64,000 nucleotides of DNA, taken from contig JAPLZF010000015.1 of assembly GCA_026395175.1 (NCBI GenBank), positions 21,066 through 85,065 on the forward strand. The letters run 5' to 3'. Under the pieces are notes generated by a model. It searched no databases. It worked only from the letters and a program-made list of their open reading frames with translations, and was not told the DNA's origin. The DNA comes from Candidatus Staskawiczbacteria bacterium. Its GTDB lineage: Bacteria; Patescibacteriota; Minisyncoccia; Minisyncoccales; Staskawiczbacteraceae. The number at the start of each line of letters is the position of its first letter. The first letter of the stretch is position 1. Below are positions 62,888 to 64,000 of this stretch, piece after piece. Position numbers and translations under genes: made by a program.

Positions 62888-63182
62888 ATTTTTTAAATAA
62901 AAATATTAAAAATAAAATAGCAGAAACAATATCGATTAGTTGCCATGTATTTTTTTGAAGATAAAAAGGAATTATTGGATTGAATAAAACTGCCATTATA
63001 CCAAAAATCCACACCTCATTATTCTTTTTATCTTTATAGGCGTTGTAAGCCGTGTAACCAGCGACTATCATAACAACCCACCTTAATAATTGATAATAAC
63101 TGTAAGGATTATTAGCCAATGCTCCAAAAAGAAATACTATTGCTATAATTTTAAACCAATTTTGTTTTATAAAATTTTTCAT
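62871..63182 (-). CDS. DUF6804-like membrane protein
   Basis: PYSYYQLLRWVV...AVLFNPIIP...WQLID. Confidence 0.7.
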   Translation of the reverse strand: MKNFIKQNWFKIIAIVFLFGALANNPYSYYQLLRWVVMIVAGYTAYNAYKDKKNNEVWIFGIMAVLFNPIIPFYLQKNTWQLIDIVSAILFLIFLFKKYDKQN

Positions 63183-63187
63183 AAATT

Positions 63188-63439
63188 TTAAAATTTTATT
63201 TTGAAAGGATTAACTGTTCCTTTCTTGCCTGTAAATGGATTTATATTTCCCTTTGTGGAAAAATTATCAAATTTAGTTTTATTCGGAGTTGTTTTGTAAT
63301 GGGGCATGACATATGTTCCTGTGCTTTTCCTCACATATCCCCTCACTCTTGCAATTCTAGCATCAGCAAAACCAGAAATGCCCAAAAGCAAAACTAATGA
63401 AATTAAAATCGTTGTTATTATTTTAAAATATTTTTTCAT
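63188..63439 (-). CDS. Small secreted basic protein (VRGYxRKxGTYV family)
   Basis: Signal peptide; VRGYVRKSTGTYVMPHY...STKGNINPFTGKKG. Confidence 0.75.
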   Translation of the reverse strand: MKKYFKIITTILISLVLLLGISGFADARIARVRGYVRKSTGTYVMPHYKTTPNKTKFDNFSTKGNINPFTGKKGTVNPFKIKF

Positions 63440-63468
63440 AATTTATTTTTGATTATTTATGTTTTTTA

Positions 63469-63747
63469 CTATTCCAATGTTCTCAAGAACTTAAGAATAG
63501 CCAATCCCCTAATAGTAATTTTATGACGCACCAAATGACCTTCGTAACGTTTTATGACAAACCCCGCTGTCGCCAACCTTTTAATATGCTCGGATATGGT
63601 TTTAAAATTAACATCTAATTTTTTAGAAATAGATTCCAGCGATAATTCAGGATTTGCTTTTAGCAATTCTAAAATCTCAATGCGACGATGGTTTGCAACG
63701 CCCTTTACAATTCTTTCCAGTTGATAATAACTTTTATCTGTGGTCAT
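63469..63747 (-). CDS. ArsR/SmtB-like winged-helix transcriptional regulator
   Basis: KGVANHRRIEILELL...ISKKLDVNFKTISEHIKRLATAGFV. Confidence 0.85.
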   Translation of the reverse strand: MTTDKSYYQLERIVKGVANHRRIEILELLKANPELSLESISKKLDVNFKTISEHIKRLATAGFVIKRYEGHLVRHKITIRGLAILKFLRTLE

Positions 63748-63781
63748 AAAATTATTATATTATTATATCACACCAAATACT

Positions 63782-63811
63782 TATTCCAAACTTCTTGAGA
63801 ACTTTGGAATA
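63782..63811. promoter_or_regulatory. 30-bp palindrome overlapping the -35 region of the ArsR gene promoter (copy C; copy B at 63470-63499)
   Basis: TATTCCAAACTTCTTGAGAACTTTGGAATA; downstream on the minus strand lies TGaTATAAT. Confidence 0.7.
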
Positions 63812-63832
63812 GCATGTCCCTCTTTGTTTTTT

Positions 63833-64000
63833 TTACTTTTGTAATGATGATTTTAAAAAGTCTGTAAAACGCGGAATGTCGAATTTTATTGTAATAAAAA
63901 GCGACAAACAAATTAATATTGCAAAAAATACCAGTGTAATCCCCTGCTCAACTTTTACCGAAACAGGTTTGCCTTTTATTTTTTCAATCAACAAAAAAAC
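63833..64000 (-). CDS. rseP: C-terminus of RseP (M50 membrane zinc metalloprotease), partial
   Basis: Hand-translated VFLLIEKIKGKPVSVKVEQGITLVFFAILICLSLFITIKFDIPR...; rseP commonly precedes proS. Confidence 0.75.
   Translation of the reverse strand, partial: VFLLIEKIKGKPVSVKVEQGITLVFFAILICLSLFITIKFDIPRFTDFLKSSLQK

Noticed and set aside
1..64000. CRISPR array or cas genes
   Set aside because: No regularly spaced repeat-spacer array; the repeats found are dispersed palindromes or coding repeats.
1..64000. Alternative genetic code (UGA=Gly, as in Gracilibacteria/Absconditabacteria)
   Set aside because: Long genes are intact under code 11 and TGA occurs as a stop in ATGA overlaps; the one internal stop seen (galU) is TAA.

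Overview
Low-GC bacterial window with almost all genes on the minus strand and standard stop codons (TGA is used as a stop). Gene content and style suggest Patescibacteria/CPR, probably Parcubacteria; this is an inference from divergent housekeeping genes, short SD-less leaders and a direct-repeat box upstream of lexA. (1) About 2.6-18.3 kb is an integrative island: tyrosine integrase with a structured leader, a foreign PEP-CTERM gene, a HEPN-like protein, SppA, type III R-M, DUF5681, a ParB-methyltransferase, a chain of translationally coupled tiny membrane genes, an origin/packaging-like hairpin region, and an inovirus-like module (three major-coat-like paralogs plus a pIII-like protein, no pI/Zot ATPase seen). 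(2) 18.4-30 kb is core: gap, gpmA, eno, trxB, galU (internal stop), a divergent ftsZ, pyrF-pyrE and a 7TM two-component system. (3) 31-42.5 kb is a signal-peptide RHS polymorphic toxin locus with CHAP, barnase-like and NlpC/P60 tips and downstream partner genes. (4) 42.5-52.3 kb is a putative lipid-scavenging cluster (SPT-like oxoamine synthase, secreted LCAT-like lipase, acyl-CoA ligase, esterase) interrupted by a LexA-Dam fusion and a GIY-YIG-like nuclease. (5) 52-64 kb holds metK, tRNA-Ile, a candidate structured ncRNA, gatCA, mreB, proS, an ArsR cassette with a 30-bp palindrome, and the 3' end of rseP. At least two families of short palindromic elements sit in-frame inside housekeeping proteins throughout. 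All product calls come from motif recognition by eye; no database searches were run.
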